A DNA stretch of 64,000 bases, from positions 256,001 to 320,000 of the forward strand of contig JBMOMC010000002.1 of the NCBI GenBank assembly GCA_049325335.1, written 5' to 3'. Positions within the stretch are counted from its first letter, which is position 1; the number at the start of each line of letters is the position of its first letter. The notes under the pieces are model-generated. The model searched no databases. It was not told the DNA's origin and was given only the letters and a program-made list of their open reading frames with translations. The position numbers and the translations under genes were made by a program. This DNA is from Nitrospirota bacterium (GTDB lineage Bacteria > Nitrospirota > Nitrospiria > 2-01-FULL-66-17). Below are positions 47,777 to 56,619 of this stretch, in pieces.

Positions 47777-48808
47777 TTGCGTTCAGGGATTATAACGGAT
47801 CTTCGGTGCATATCTTGCGGCCAAGACTTGTATTTGGTCTCTGGAGATCGGAACGAATTCGGCGAAATTCAACAAGGGCTCCTGGGTTGTCGAGGGTGTT
47901 CAATGACATTTCCCATCGAGCACTCGATCCCGCGGTTCGTCCAAGGCGACTCATACGTGGAGTCGTTCGGTTTCCAGTGGCGAAAACATGCGAGGACCCA
48001 GATCGATAAATTCAATGGGTCCACGTTTTCACGAGATCGTTTTTTCGCCACGACGCAATGGTCAACAGACCTCAAAGGGGAGCGCGTGCTTGAGGCCGGA
48101 TCTGGCGCCGGGCGGTTCACGCAGATCGTCTGCGAGACAGGCGCGACGGTTTTTTCCGCCGAGATGTCTGCCGCCGTCGACGCCAACTTTGAGAATAACC
48201 ACGAATTCGAGAACCTGACCTTATTGCAGGCCGATATTTATCGGTTGCCTTTCGCGGAGTCGATGTTCGATAAAGTCTATTGTCTCGGCGTCCTTCAGCA
48301 TACTCCGGATGTCAAGCGGGCATTCATGAGCCTCGCTCGCGTGGTGCGACCTGGCGGAGAGCTGGTCATTGACGTGTATCGGAAGTCGTTGACTGCATTG
48401 TGCCAATGGAAGTATGTGCTGCGTCCCTTCACGAAACGCCAGGATAAGGTCGAGCTGTATGGCCGTGTGGAACGGTTCGTCTCGCTCCTTCTTCCGTTGG
48501 CGATCGGACTCCGATCGATTCTCGGGCCGATTGGAGGGCGTTTGGTCCCGATCTGTAATTACTCCCATCTTGGCCTGTCCGATGAGATGAATCGAGAATG
48601 GTCTGTCCTGGATACGTTTGATATGTATTCACCGGCATATGATTCGCCGCAAAGTTTATCAACCGTCGAACAATGGTTTGCGGAGGCTGGATTCACGAAC
48701 ATTTGTGTGAGGCGAGGGATGAACGGAATTGTCGGACGAGGAATCAAGGGGTACGAACAACCGATAGTCTCAGAGAATCTGAAAGGGGACAACTATGCCA
48801 GAGCTTAG
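47777..48808 (+). CDS. SAM-dependent methyltransferase with N-terminal Trm112-like zinc-ribbon
   Basis: LRCISC..L.CRGC..FPI...IPRF, then VLEAGSGAGRF, GVLQHTPD. Confidence 0.82.
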   Translation: MRSGIITDLRCISCGQDLYLVSGDRNEFGEIQQGLLGCRGCSMTFPIEHSIPRFVQGDSYVESFGFQWRKHARTQIDKFNGSTFSRDRFFATTQWSTDLKGERVLEAGSGAGRFTQIVCETGATVFSAEMSAAVDANFENNHEFENLTLLQADIYRLPFAESMFDKVYCLGVLQHTPDVKRAFMSLARVVRPGGELVIDVYRKSLTALCQWKYVLRPFTKRQDKVELYGRVERFVSLLLPLAIGLRSILGPIGGRLVPICNYSHLGLSDEMNREWSVLDTFDMYSPAYDSPQSLSTVEQWFAEAGFTNICVRRGMNGIVGRGIKGYEQPIVSENLKGDNYARA

Positions 48809-49526
48809 CATACTCATTCCTTGCCTCAACGAGTCCTCGAATCTTCCCTCATTGATTGAGCGTCTACAAAAGACGGTGATCGAGGCTGACCTTGACGTCG
48901 AGACGATTATTCTCGACGATGCGAGCGAGGACGACACCATTGTCGTCGCGAAGGTCATGCAGAGCCAGTATCGCGCGCTCAATATCCGGGTGGTTCATCG
49001 GTTTGAACCGAGGAGGGGATACGGCGCCCTCGTCCGCTATGGGTTGGCCTATGCGACTGGAAGGTACTGCCTGCTCGTTGCCGCCGACGGGGCGCACCCG
49101 ATCGAGATGCTGCCTAGCTATTTGGCTGAGGCCCGAAAAGGGGCTCAACTCGTTCAATGCTCGCGATATGAGAAAGAGGAAGACAGCGAAGGAATTCCTG
49201 GGAAGTTCAAACTCTACCAGTCGGTATATCGTGCGGTGGTGCGCGCCCTGTTGGCCTGGGACATTCGTGACCCTACCTGCTCATTCAAACTGGTGGACCG
49301 GGTCTATTTGATGGCGCTTGGTATCAGATCCAATGGTCTGGCCGCAATTCCTGAGATACCGTTTAAGGTTCATTTGAGCGGAGGGAAGGTCTCGTTCATC
49401 GGTGGAGCGCAGTCGTTCCGACAGAGGGGGATTTCCCAGTTTAAGTTTTTGCGTGAGTCGTCAGGATACGGGTATGTCCTCATCAGGGCGTGGCTGCATC
49501 GGGTCGGGATATTGTCATGGTTTTAG
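48795..49526 (+). CDS. GT2 polyprenol-phosphate (DPM1-like) glycosyltransferase
   Basis: SILIPCLNE, DDASEDDT, GYG, ADG.HP, SRY, DPTCSFK. Confidence 0.8.
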   Translation: MPELSILIPCLNESSNLPSLIERLQKTVIEADLDVETIILDDASEDDTIVVAKVMQSQYRALNIRVVHRFEPRRGYGALVRYGLAYATGRYCLLVAADGAHPIEMLPSYLAEARKGAQLVQCSRYEKEEDSEGIPGKFKLYQSVYRAVVRALLAWDIRDPTCSFKLVDRVYLMALGIRSNGLAAIPEIPFKVHLSGGKVSFIGGAQSFRQRGISQFKFLRESSGYGYVLIRAWLHRVGILSWF

Positions 49527-49643
49527 ATTTCTTGGCGAATGGCTGATACTCAGCGATTCATGATCTGCGGCGCCGCCAAGATCGGCGGTTTGCCTATCGG
49601 CGCCATGAAAAACGTTCGCTGGCGCTGATGAAAGGGGCCCGCG

Positions 49644-50432
49644 ATGCCTGAACAGACGCTGAGTTTCTGCGTGGTTGTGCCGATGTACAACGAAGAGGCC
49701 AATGCGGAGCGATGCGTGCGGATGGTCAGTGAGGTCTTGGGTGGTCAGGCATACCGAACGGCTCTCATCGTTGTTGATGATGGAAGTCGGGACCAGACGG
49801 GGAAGATTCTTCGTCGGTTGTCTCGTGAGTTCCCTGGTTTGCGACTTGTCATGCACGAACGAAATGCCGGCTATGGTGGGGCGCTTCAGACCGGGGTGAA
49901 GACGGCCATTTCCGAGGGATTCGACTATGTGTTGTTCATGGATAGTGATCTGACGAATGATCCGAAGTGCATTCCGAAATTTGTGGAGAAAATGTTCGTC
50001 GGATACGACGTGATCAAGGGGTCCCGATACGTTGAAGGAGGCGCGATGGTGGGTGTGCCGACTCATCGTGTATGGATCTCGGTGATCGGGAATAAAATTG
50101 CTCGTGCTCTCTATGGCATTCCGATCTCCGACTGTACAAATGGATTTCGGGCGGTGAAAACCGGAATACTTTCTCGGATGTCCCTTCGAGAGTCGGGATT
50201 TGCGGTCATTATGGAGGAACTGTATCACGCGACCTATTTGGCGAAGTCGTTTTGCGAAGTCCCCTATACGCTGACCAGTCGGCAGAGTGGACAAGGGGGA
50301 TCGAGCTTCTCTTATCGGCCGAAAATCTTTTTCCAGTATCTGAAGTATGGCCTGAAGAGTTTTTGGGAACGCTGGAGGCCAAGTCGAAGGCGTCATGTGC
50401 ATCTACAATCCGGTGGCCAACAGGAGGGCTGA
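49644..50432 (+). CDS. GT2 polyprenol-phosphate (DPM1-like) glycosyltransferase
   Basis: VVPMYNEE, DDGSRD.T, NAGYGGAL, MDSD, GSRYV.GG, DCTNGFRA. Confidence 0.85.
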   Translation: MPEQTLSFCVVVPMYNEEANAERCVRMVSEVLGGQAYRTALIVVDDGSRDQTGKILRRLSREFPGLRLVMHERNAGYGGALQTGVKTAISEGFDYVLFMDSDLTNDPKCIPKFVEKMFVGYDVIKGSRYVEGGAMVGVPTHRVWISVIGNKIARALYGIPISDCTNGFRAVKTGILSRMSLRESGFAVIMEELYHATYLAKSFCEVPYTLTSRQSGQGGSSFSYRPKIFFQYLKYGLKSFWERWRPSRRRHVHLQSGGQQEG

Positions 50433-50435
50433 TGT

Positions 50436-51710
50436 ATGGAATTGTCAAAGAAACCCAGAGGAACCTATGTGCATCATACGACCTGTCGGTTCTGCCAGGG
50501 ATCGAATTTGGTCAAGTTCCTCGATTTCGGGGACGTTCCGCTCGCCGGGGCGTTCTTGAAACCAGAGGAGTTTGAGAGTGAAAAGTTCTATCCACTCGAA
50601 ATCCAGTTCTGTCGGGATTGTACGTTGGTCCAGGTAAACAATGCGGTACCGGGCGACGTCCTCTTTAGGAAGAATTATTTCTATTTTTCGTCCGCTATTC
50701 AGACGTTGGTGACCCATTTCGGTGAGTTCGCCAAGGAAATGACCGAGCGGTTCTTGAATCCGGGTCAGTCCTTTGCCGTCGAGTTGGGATGCAACGACGG
50801 GGTGTTGTTGAAGCCGCTTGTGGCGCGGGGCGTGCGATGTCTTGGGGTCGATCCGGCAACCAACGTGGTGCAGTCGATCGGTTCTCCGGATATTCAAGTC
50901 GTCAACGACTATTTTACCGAAAAGGTCGCTACGTCGATCCGCGAACAGCATGGGAAGGCTGATGCCGTGTTATCAAGTTTTTCCTTCGCGCATATCGACG
51001 ACATGGTCGACGTGATGAAGGGCGTCAAGGCCCTGCTCAAGGACGACGGCGTGTTTGTCTTCGAGGTGTACTACTTGGGCATCGTGTTGGAAGAGATGCA
51101 GTACGACATGATTTACCACGAGCACATGAGCTACTACTCGCTCATGGCGCTGGAGAAATTCTTTGCCCGGTTCGGGATGGAGATCTTTGATCTGAAACGC
51201 ATCCCCCTGCGGGCCGGGACGATTCGTTTTTACGCCAGGAACATTGGGCGGCGGACCGAGCCGATCTCTCCTGCGGTTGACGAACTCCGTGTCTACGAGC
51301 GCCGGAACAAGTTCGACGTGGTGTCGACCTACATGGAGTACGGCGACAAGGTCAAGAAGACCCGAACCGATCTGCTCCATCTCCTTGATGAACTGAAACG
51401 CGATGGGAAGCGGATCATTGGCTATGGGGCGTCGGGACGAGCCACGACCATTATGAATTTCTGCGGGATTGATTCGCGGTACCTGGACTTCGTGGTGGAC
51501 GATGCGCCGGCCAAGCACGGGTACTGTACCCCTGGAACGCACGTGCCGATCAAGCCGTGGTCGGCGGTCGAAGGTCCTTCCCAACCTGATTATGCCCTGG
51601 TGTTCGCGTGGAGCTTTATCGATGAGGTCAAGAAGAAGCGGATCGATTATCTGAGAAGCGGGGGGAAATTCATTGTTCCCCTTCCCGATGTGAAGGTGAT
51701 TTCGGAGTAG
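50436..51710 (+). CDS. NDP-hexose C-methyltransferase (zinc-binding N-domain, C-methyltransferase C-domain)
   Basis: CRFC..C.DC.LVQ, ELGCNDG.LL, DMIYHEH..YYS, GYGA, K.G..PGT..PI, F.VPLP. Confidence 0.9.
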   Translation: MELSKKPRGTYVHHTTCRFCQGSNLVKFLDFGDVPLAGAFLKPEEFESEKFYPLEIQFCRDCTLVQVNNAVPGDVLFRKNYFYFSSAIQTLVTHFGEFAKEMTERFLNPGQSFAVELGCNDGVLLKPLVARGVRCLGVDPATNVVQSIGSPDIQVVNDYFTEKVATSIREQHGKADAVLSSFSFAHIDDMVDVMKGVKALLKDDGVFVFEVYYLGIVLEEMQYDMIYHEHMSYYSLMALEKFFARFGMEIFDLKRIPLRAGTIRFYARNIGRRTEPISPAVDELRVYERRNKFDVVSTYMEYGDKVKKTRTDLLHLLDELKRDGKRIIGYGASGRATTIMNFCGIDSRYLDFVVDDAPAKHGYCTPGTHVPIKPWSAVEGPSQPDYALVFAWSFIDEVKKKRIDYLRSGGKFIVPLPDVKVISE

Positions 51711-51712
51711 AC

Positions 51713-52597
51713 ATGCGGGTGCTGGTACTCGGTGGGACGGGCATGCTCGGCCATATGGTGGTCGACGTGCTTTCCCGTTTGGACGCGGTGATGGTGGAGG
51801 GCACGCATCGAGGAGCCGGCGGTCCGGAAGGTTTGCGATTTGAAGCCGATGGGAGTGGAGGCGGTCTCCTTGAGTTGGTGCGCAGGCGCGGCGGCTACGA
51901 CTATGTGATCAACTGCATCGGAGTGCTTGCGGCCGATATCGACGAGCAGGATTCCGAGTCAGTGGTTCGTGCTCTTCGCATCAACGCGGAGTTTCCGCAT
52001 GCCTTGGCCAAACTTGCGCCGGCAGCCGGATTTCGAATCATTCATATTTCGACGGACGGCGTGTTCAGTGGGCGGGCCGAAGAGTATGGGGAGGACTCAC
52101 CGAGAGACTGTCCGGATGTCTACGGCAAGACCAAGGCCCTTGGAGAAGTGTTGGCTCCCCGGTGCGTGACGATCCGCTGCTCGATCGTCGGGCCGGATCC
52201 GATCCGCCGCCGAGGACTGCTTGAATGGTTTCTCTCACAACCGGACGGCAAGCAACTCACCGGCTTCACCGACGTGATCTGGAATGGGGTCACCACGCTT
52301 CAGTTGGCGGAACTTTGCGGCGCGATCATCACGCGAGGATGTTTTGATGCGCTCTGGGACGAGTCGAGAGTCCATCACTTCTGCCCGAACAGCGCCGTGT
52401 CCAAATATGAGTTGTTGCGCGTGTTTCAGGCAGTGTTTCGAAAGAAGGTAGAGATTGTTCCTTCTCAAAAAGGAATGGGGAGTGTCAGAAAAGTATTAGT
52501 CACTCGATTTGAAGGACTCCATCGCTTGGTTGGACACGGCCTGTCGATGGAAACAGCGATCGGCAATTTAGCCACGTATATGGCGCGGTCATCGTAG
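51713..52597 (+). CDS. dTDP-4-dehydrorhamnose reductase (RmlD) family
   Basis: LGGTGMLG, VINCIG, HISTDGVFSG, YGKTKALGE. Confidence 0.85.
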   Translation: MRVLVLGGTGMLGHMVVDVLSRLDAVMVEGTHRGAGGPEGLRFEADGSGGGLLELVRRRGGYDYVINCIGVLAADIDEQDSESVVRALRINAEFPHALAKLAPAAGFRIIHISTDGVFSGRAEEYGEDSPRDCPDVYGKTKALGEVLAPRCVTIRCSIVGPDPIRRRGLLEWFLSQPDGKQLTGFTDVIWNGVTTLQLAELCGAIITRGCFDALWDESRVHHFCPNSAVSKYELLRVFQAVFRKKVEIVPSQKGMGSVRKVLVTRFEGLHRLVGHGLSMETAIGNLATYMARSS

Positions 52598-52634
52598 CGC
52601 CGTCATCCTGACTTCAGAAAGAAAGGGAATAGCA

Positions 52635-53819
52635 ATGGGGAAGAAGAGGCTTGCAATCATCCTGGGTATCCGGCCCGACGTGATCCGGGCGTGTATCATC
52701 CTGAATACCGTTCGGGCGAATCCAGCGTATGATGTGAAGTTTATCTGGTCCGGCCAGCACTACTCGGACAATCTCAAGGATATTTTCTTCCGGGAGCTTG
52801 GGGTCAAACCTCCGGAAATCGAGCTGCACGCCAGAGGCGAGACCGATGCGGAGGTCAGCGCCTCGGTCGTCACGAGGTTGTATCCGGTTCTGGAGGAATT
52901 GAGACCTGAGGCGGCGGTCTTCCTGGGCGATACGAACACCGTGGTGGGCTGCCTTGCGGCCGCCCAACTGAACATCCCCATTGTGCACATCGAAGGCTGT
53001 ATGCGATCGTACGATTGGCGCATGCCAGAAGAGAAGTATCGATCAACCATCGACAACCTGTCTGACGTGATCTACACGTATTTTGACGAGTACAAGGAGC
53101 AGGGGATCCGTGAAGGGCTCAATCCCGAAAGTATCGTGGTCGTTGGGAACCCGATCGTCGATGTGCTCCAAAAATACTATTACGACAAGATTGCGTATTA
53201 CGAGAAGTTGGCGGACCGGGAGTTCTTCCGGAGCCGCGGGATCGAGAAGGGACAGTACTACGCCATGACGTGCCATCGCCGAGAGAACGTGCACGATGAA
53301 CAGTCATTGCGGAACATCGTGAACCTCCTGGCCGCAACGGACCGGAAGGTGTACTTTGCGGCGAGCTATCGAACTCAAAAGGTTCTCAAGGCGATGGGTC
53401 TACGGTTGCCGCCGAACGTGATTATGGTCGATCCGGTCGGTTACGAGGAGTTTCTGGTGTTGATGACGAACTCGTGCGGCGTGGTTACCGACTCCGGCAC
53501 CGTGGTCGAGGAGACCTGCGTGTTGCAGATTCCCTCGCTCCAGATGCGGAAGGCGACGGAGCGGCCTCAGGTGTATGACGTGGGTTCCAGCGTCAAGTTC
53601 GACCCCACCCAGCCGGAGAAGTACCCCGCGCGGAAGGTCTTCGAGAAGCTCGAATCGCTTCGCGGCAAACATTGGCCCAATCCGTTGGGTGACGGCAAAT
53701 CATCGCAACGTCTCGGCGACGATCTACTGGATCGACTGGAACACGATGGATTCCGGCGCCACAAGCCCTCGGACTATCATTTGGATATCCGTCGTTCGTA
53801 CCGCGAAGACGGGCTATAG
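52635..53819 (+). CDS. UDP-N-acetylglucosamine 2-epimerase family (non-hydrolysing)
   Basis: GIRPD, GQHY, GDTN, HIEG, HRREN, TDSG. Confidence 0.85.
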   Translation: MGKKRLAIILGIRPDVIRACIILNTVRANPAYDVKFIWSGQHYSDNLKDIFFRELGVKPPEIELHARGETDAEVSASVVTRLYPVLEELRPEAAVFLGDTNTVVGCLAAAQLNIPIVHIEGCMRSYDWRMPEEKYRSTIDNLSDVIYTYFDEYKEQGIREGLNPESIVVVGNPIVDVLQKYYYDKIAYYEKLADREFFRSRGIEKGQYYAMTCHRRENVHDEQSLRNIVNLLAATDRKVYFAASYRTQKVLKAMGLRLPPNVIMVDPVGYEEFLVLMTNSCGVVTDSGTVVEETCVLQIPSLQMRKATERPQVYDVGSSVKFDPTQPEKYPARKVFEKLESLRGKHWPNPLGDGKSSQRLGDDLLDRLEHDGFRRHKPSDYHLDIRRSYREDGL

Positions 53820-53827
53820 AACAGTCT

Positions 53828-55597
53828 ATGGAGCAGTCCCGAACGCTATTAGCGACCCCTCCGATCTCGATCCGGCTCGTTCTGGCGATCGTTGGGTTTG
53901 TTGCGGCTGGGTGGCTTGCCGCTCGCCTGGTGGTGCCGGTAGTCCTGCGGGATTCGCCGCTGGTCGGGCTGGCGCGACTGTATGCCGAAGGGATGGTTCT
54001 GACCATGGGGATCGCCCTCGTGTCAGCCGTCGGCGTAATGTACATGCCACGCGTTCTTGTGGGCATCCTTGATCGATTTGCGGTGCGAGCGTTTGTCGGT
54101 CTCTCCCTCGCCTATGCCGGCGCGATGGGGAGTATGGCATGGCTCAAGGTGTCTTCCCTCCATTCGTATGCCGACATGGCAACACATCTCGAGGTTTTTT
54201 GGCGTGCCACTCAGGGACTGGGGTTCACGACCCCCATGTCGGAAAGCTACCACCACGGCGCGCACTGGTTTGCCGCGCATTTGACACCGATCATCTATCT
54301 GATTTATCCCCTGTTTCAACTCGCTCCCAGTGTGACCACGCTGCTGGTACTGCAGACGATCGCGCTGGCTGGCGCGGCGATTCCGATCGGCCTCTATGCC
54401 AGAGACCGATTGGGAGCGCGTTCCGGGATGTGGATCGGGGTCGCGTTCCTTCTGTATCCCACCCTTCAGTACACCAACTTGTACGAATTCGAGTATCTGC
54501 GGTTTTCTATTCCATGTCTAGCGTGGGCGTTTTATGCTGCGCATAGGCGATGGTGGGTGGGATATTCGGTCAGCGTCGCCCTCGCGCTGCTTGTTCGGGA
54601 GGAGGTCGGTCTGGTTATATTCATGCTGGGTTGCTACCTCCTGTTTTTCAAACGCGAGCGATGGATCGGCGGGCTGACGGCGGTCGCAGGCCTAGGGTAC
54701 TTTGTGCTCGCGATCGGGGTGATCATCCCGGCATTCCGGGATGGTGGTGGGCTGGTGTATGCGAGCAACTATGCGAGTCTTGGGGGCAGCGTTTCTGAGA
54801 TCCTCACGAATTTGTTCGTTCACCCGATCGTCGTGTTGAAGTCCTTTCTCTCTCAGACCAAGGTCGGAAACTTCGTTATGTTCTTTCTCCCGGTCCAATT
54901 CTTGGCGTTTCTGTCTCCGTCGATTCTCTTGATTGCGCTCCCGAACTTTGCGTCGACGTTTTTAAGCGACGCGTTGCCGAACTACAGCTTTCTGCTCTAC
55001 TACTTGTCGCCTTCCGTCCCGTTTATCTTCTTTGCCGCCATCGAGGGCGCGGTGAAGGTCAAGCGGGTACTCGCGCAGCGGTGGGGCGACCGGCTTGGGC
55101 AGGAACATGCCGCGCTCGTGGTGAGTCTGTACCTGGTCGTCGGGGTGTTGAGTTCGAATATCTTTTTTGGGCCGTCTCCCGTGTCGCGCCAGTTTTGGGA
55201 CGCCACCTATAAGGTCGGGGAGTTCTACACCACGAACTTCTTTCGTTCCGCGTACCAGGTGACGCCACACGTCGAGGCGGCGAAGGCGATCGTCGCGTTG
55301 GTTCCTCGCGATGCCGTGGTGTCGGCCGAGCAGCAGTTCCTCCCTTACTTGTACGACCGCAAGCGCATGTACGTGTTTCCTTCGCTGGCTCCTGACGTTG
55401 ACCACGTGTTGATCGACCGGACGGACCATCCGCGGACGGGCTGGGCCGATACCTACATGGATTTTCGCCTCAGGCCGGAGGTTTATTACGCGCAGATCGA
55501 GAGCGATCCCGGGACCTGGGTGCTGGTTGCCGAGCGTGACGGGGTGTCCCTTTATCGTCGCCTTGTCTCGCCGGGGACGGTCGGAGCGCACGGATGA
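53828..55597 (+). CDS. DUF2079-type polytopic membrane protein (putative GT-C glycosyltransferase)
   Basis: Many TM helices; H.YAD, HLTPI, LL.LQ..AL, YEF, VREE, VP.DA.VSA. Confidence 0.72.
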   Translation: MEQSRTLLATPPISIRLVLAIVGFVAAGWLAARLVVPVVLRDSPLVGLARLYAEGMVLTMGIALVSAVGVMYMPRVLVGILDRFAVRAFVGLSLAYAGAMGSMAWLKVSSLHSYADMATHLEVFWRATQGLGFTTPMSESYHHGAHWFAAHLTPIIYLIYPLFQLAPSVTTLLVLQTIALAGAAIPIGLYARDRLGARSGMWIGVAFLLYPTLQYTNLYEFEYLRFSIPCLAWAFYAAHRRWWVGYSVSVALALLVREEVGLVIFMLGCYLLFFKRERWIGGLTAVAGLGYFVLAIGVIIPAFRDGGGLVYASNYASLGGSVSEILTNLFVHPIVVLKSFLSQTKVGNFVMFFLPVQFLAFLSPSILLIALPNFASTFLSDALPNYSFLLYYLSPSVPFIFFAAIEGAVKVKRVLAQRWGDRLGQEHAALVVSLYLVVGVLSSNIFFGPSPVSRQFWDATYKVGEFYTTNFFRSAYQVTPHVEAAKAIVALVPRDAVVSAEQQFLPYLYDRKRMYVFPSLAPDVDHVLIDRTDHPRTGWADTYMDFRLRPEVYYAQIESDPGTWVLVAERDGVSLYRRLVSPGTVGAHG

Positions 55598-56619
55598 CCC
55601 CGATGGTCTCGGTCTTGATGGCCGTGCGCAACGGTCTTCCATTTGTGCGGGACGCCGTCGCGTCGATTTTGGATCAGAGTTTTCGCGACTTCGAATTTCT
55701 GATCATCGATGATGGCTCAACCGACGGGACGAGTGCGTTCCTTGGGGCGATCGGTGATTCGCGCGTCCGTCTCATTCGTCAAGAATGGGGGGGGCTCACC
55801 CGGTCGCTGATCCGAGGCCTTGCCGAGGCCCGGGGTGAGTACGTGGCACGCCAGGATGCGGACGATGTCTCTCGCCCTGACCGGCTTGGAAAGCAGGTGG
55901 TGTTCCTGGAGGCCAATCCGGACGTCCTGCTCGTGGGGTCGGGTGGGCGCCTGGTGAGCGAACGAGGCGACGTGCTCCGTAGCTATCACTACCCGACGCG
56001 GCACAAACAGTTAGTTGAAGATTTGGAGCGTCTGACTTCCCCATTACCGCATACCACCATCATGTTCCGCCGCGCCGAGATTCTCGCCTGCGGTGGGTAC
56101 CGTGCCGTGTTTCGGAAGGCACAGGACTACGACCTCTACCTCCGGGTTGCCGAGCGTGGCCGGCTCGCGTCGTTGCCGGAACCGTTGTGCGATCTGCGGT
56201 GCTCGATGACGTCGGTCACCTCGGCCGAGTCCGATGGAGAACAGTTTTTCTATGCCGTCCTCGCACTGCTCTGTTATCGGGCTCGCCGGGCCGGCAAGCG
56301 CGACCCCATCGACAGGGCAGCGGACGGCGATGGGCTCCGCGGGATTCGAGCGTGGTACGAATCCAGTCGCTATCCGAAGGTGTTTCGATCGCGGCAGTTG
56401 CGGCGCCGAGCCCGACTCGCGTGGAGTGAGGGCTCGTATGCCGAGGCCGCCGGCTGCATCATCCAATCCGTCGGCAGCGACCCTGGTTGGGTGTTGAATC
56501 GGTGTAGCTTGGGCGGACCCATACTGCTCACGCCGGAAGTCATGGACGCCCTCGAAGCTCTCTCCTCTGAAGGCCACGAATATGTGCGGCATCGCGGGAT
56601 ATCTCGGACCCCGGTCTGA
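55594..56619 (+). CDS. Glycosyltransferase family 2
   Basis: VSVLMAVRN, IDDGSTDGT, ARQDADD, QDYDL. Confidence 0.9.
   Translation: MTPMVSVLMAVRNGLPFVRDAVASILDQSFRDFEFLIIDDGSTDGTSAFLGAIGDSRVRLIRQEWGGLTRSLIRGLAEARGEYVARQDADDVSRPDRLGKQVVFLEANPDVLLVGSGGRLVSERGDVLRSYHYPTRHKQLVEDLERLTSPLPHTTIMFRRAEILACGGYRAVFRKAQDYDLYLRVAERGRLASLPEPLCDLRCSMTSVTSAESDGEQFFYAVLALLCYRARRAGKRDPIDRAADGDGLRGIRAWYESSRYPKVFRSRQLRRRARLAWSEGSYAEAAGCIIQSVGSDPGWVLNRCSLGGPILLTPEVMDALEALSSEGHEYVRHRGISRTPV

Noticed and set aside
49551..49621. Imperfect long hairpin between the two GT2 genes
   Set aside because: Short interrupted stems, no U-tract and no second copy; cannot be distinguished from chance
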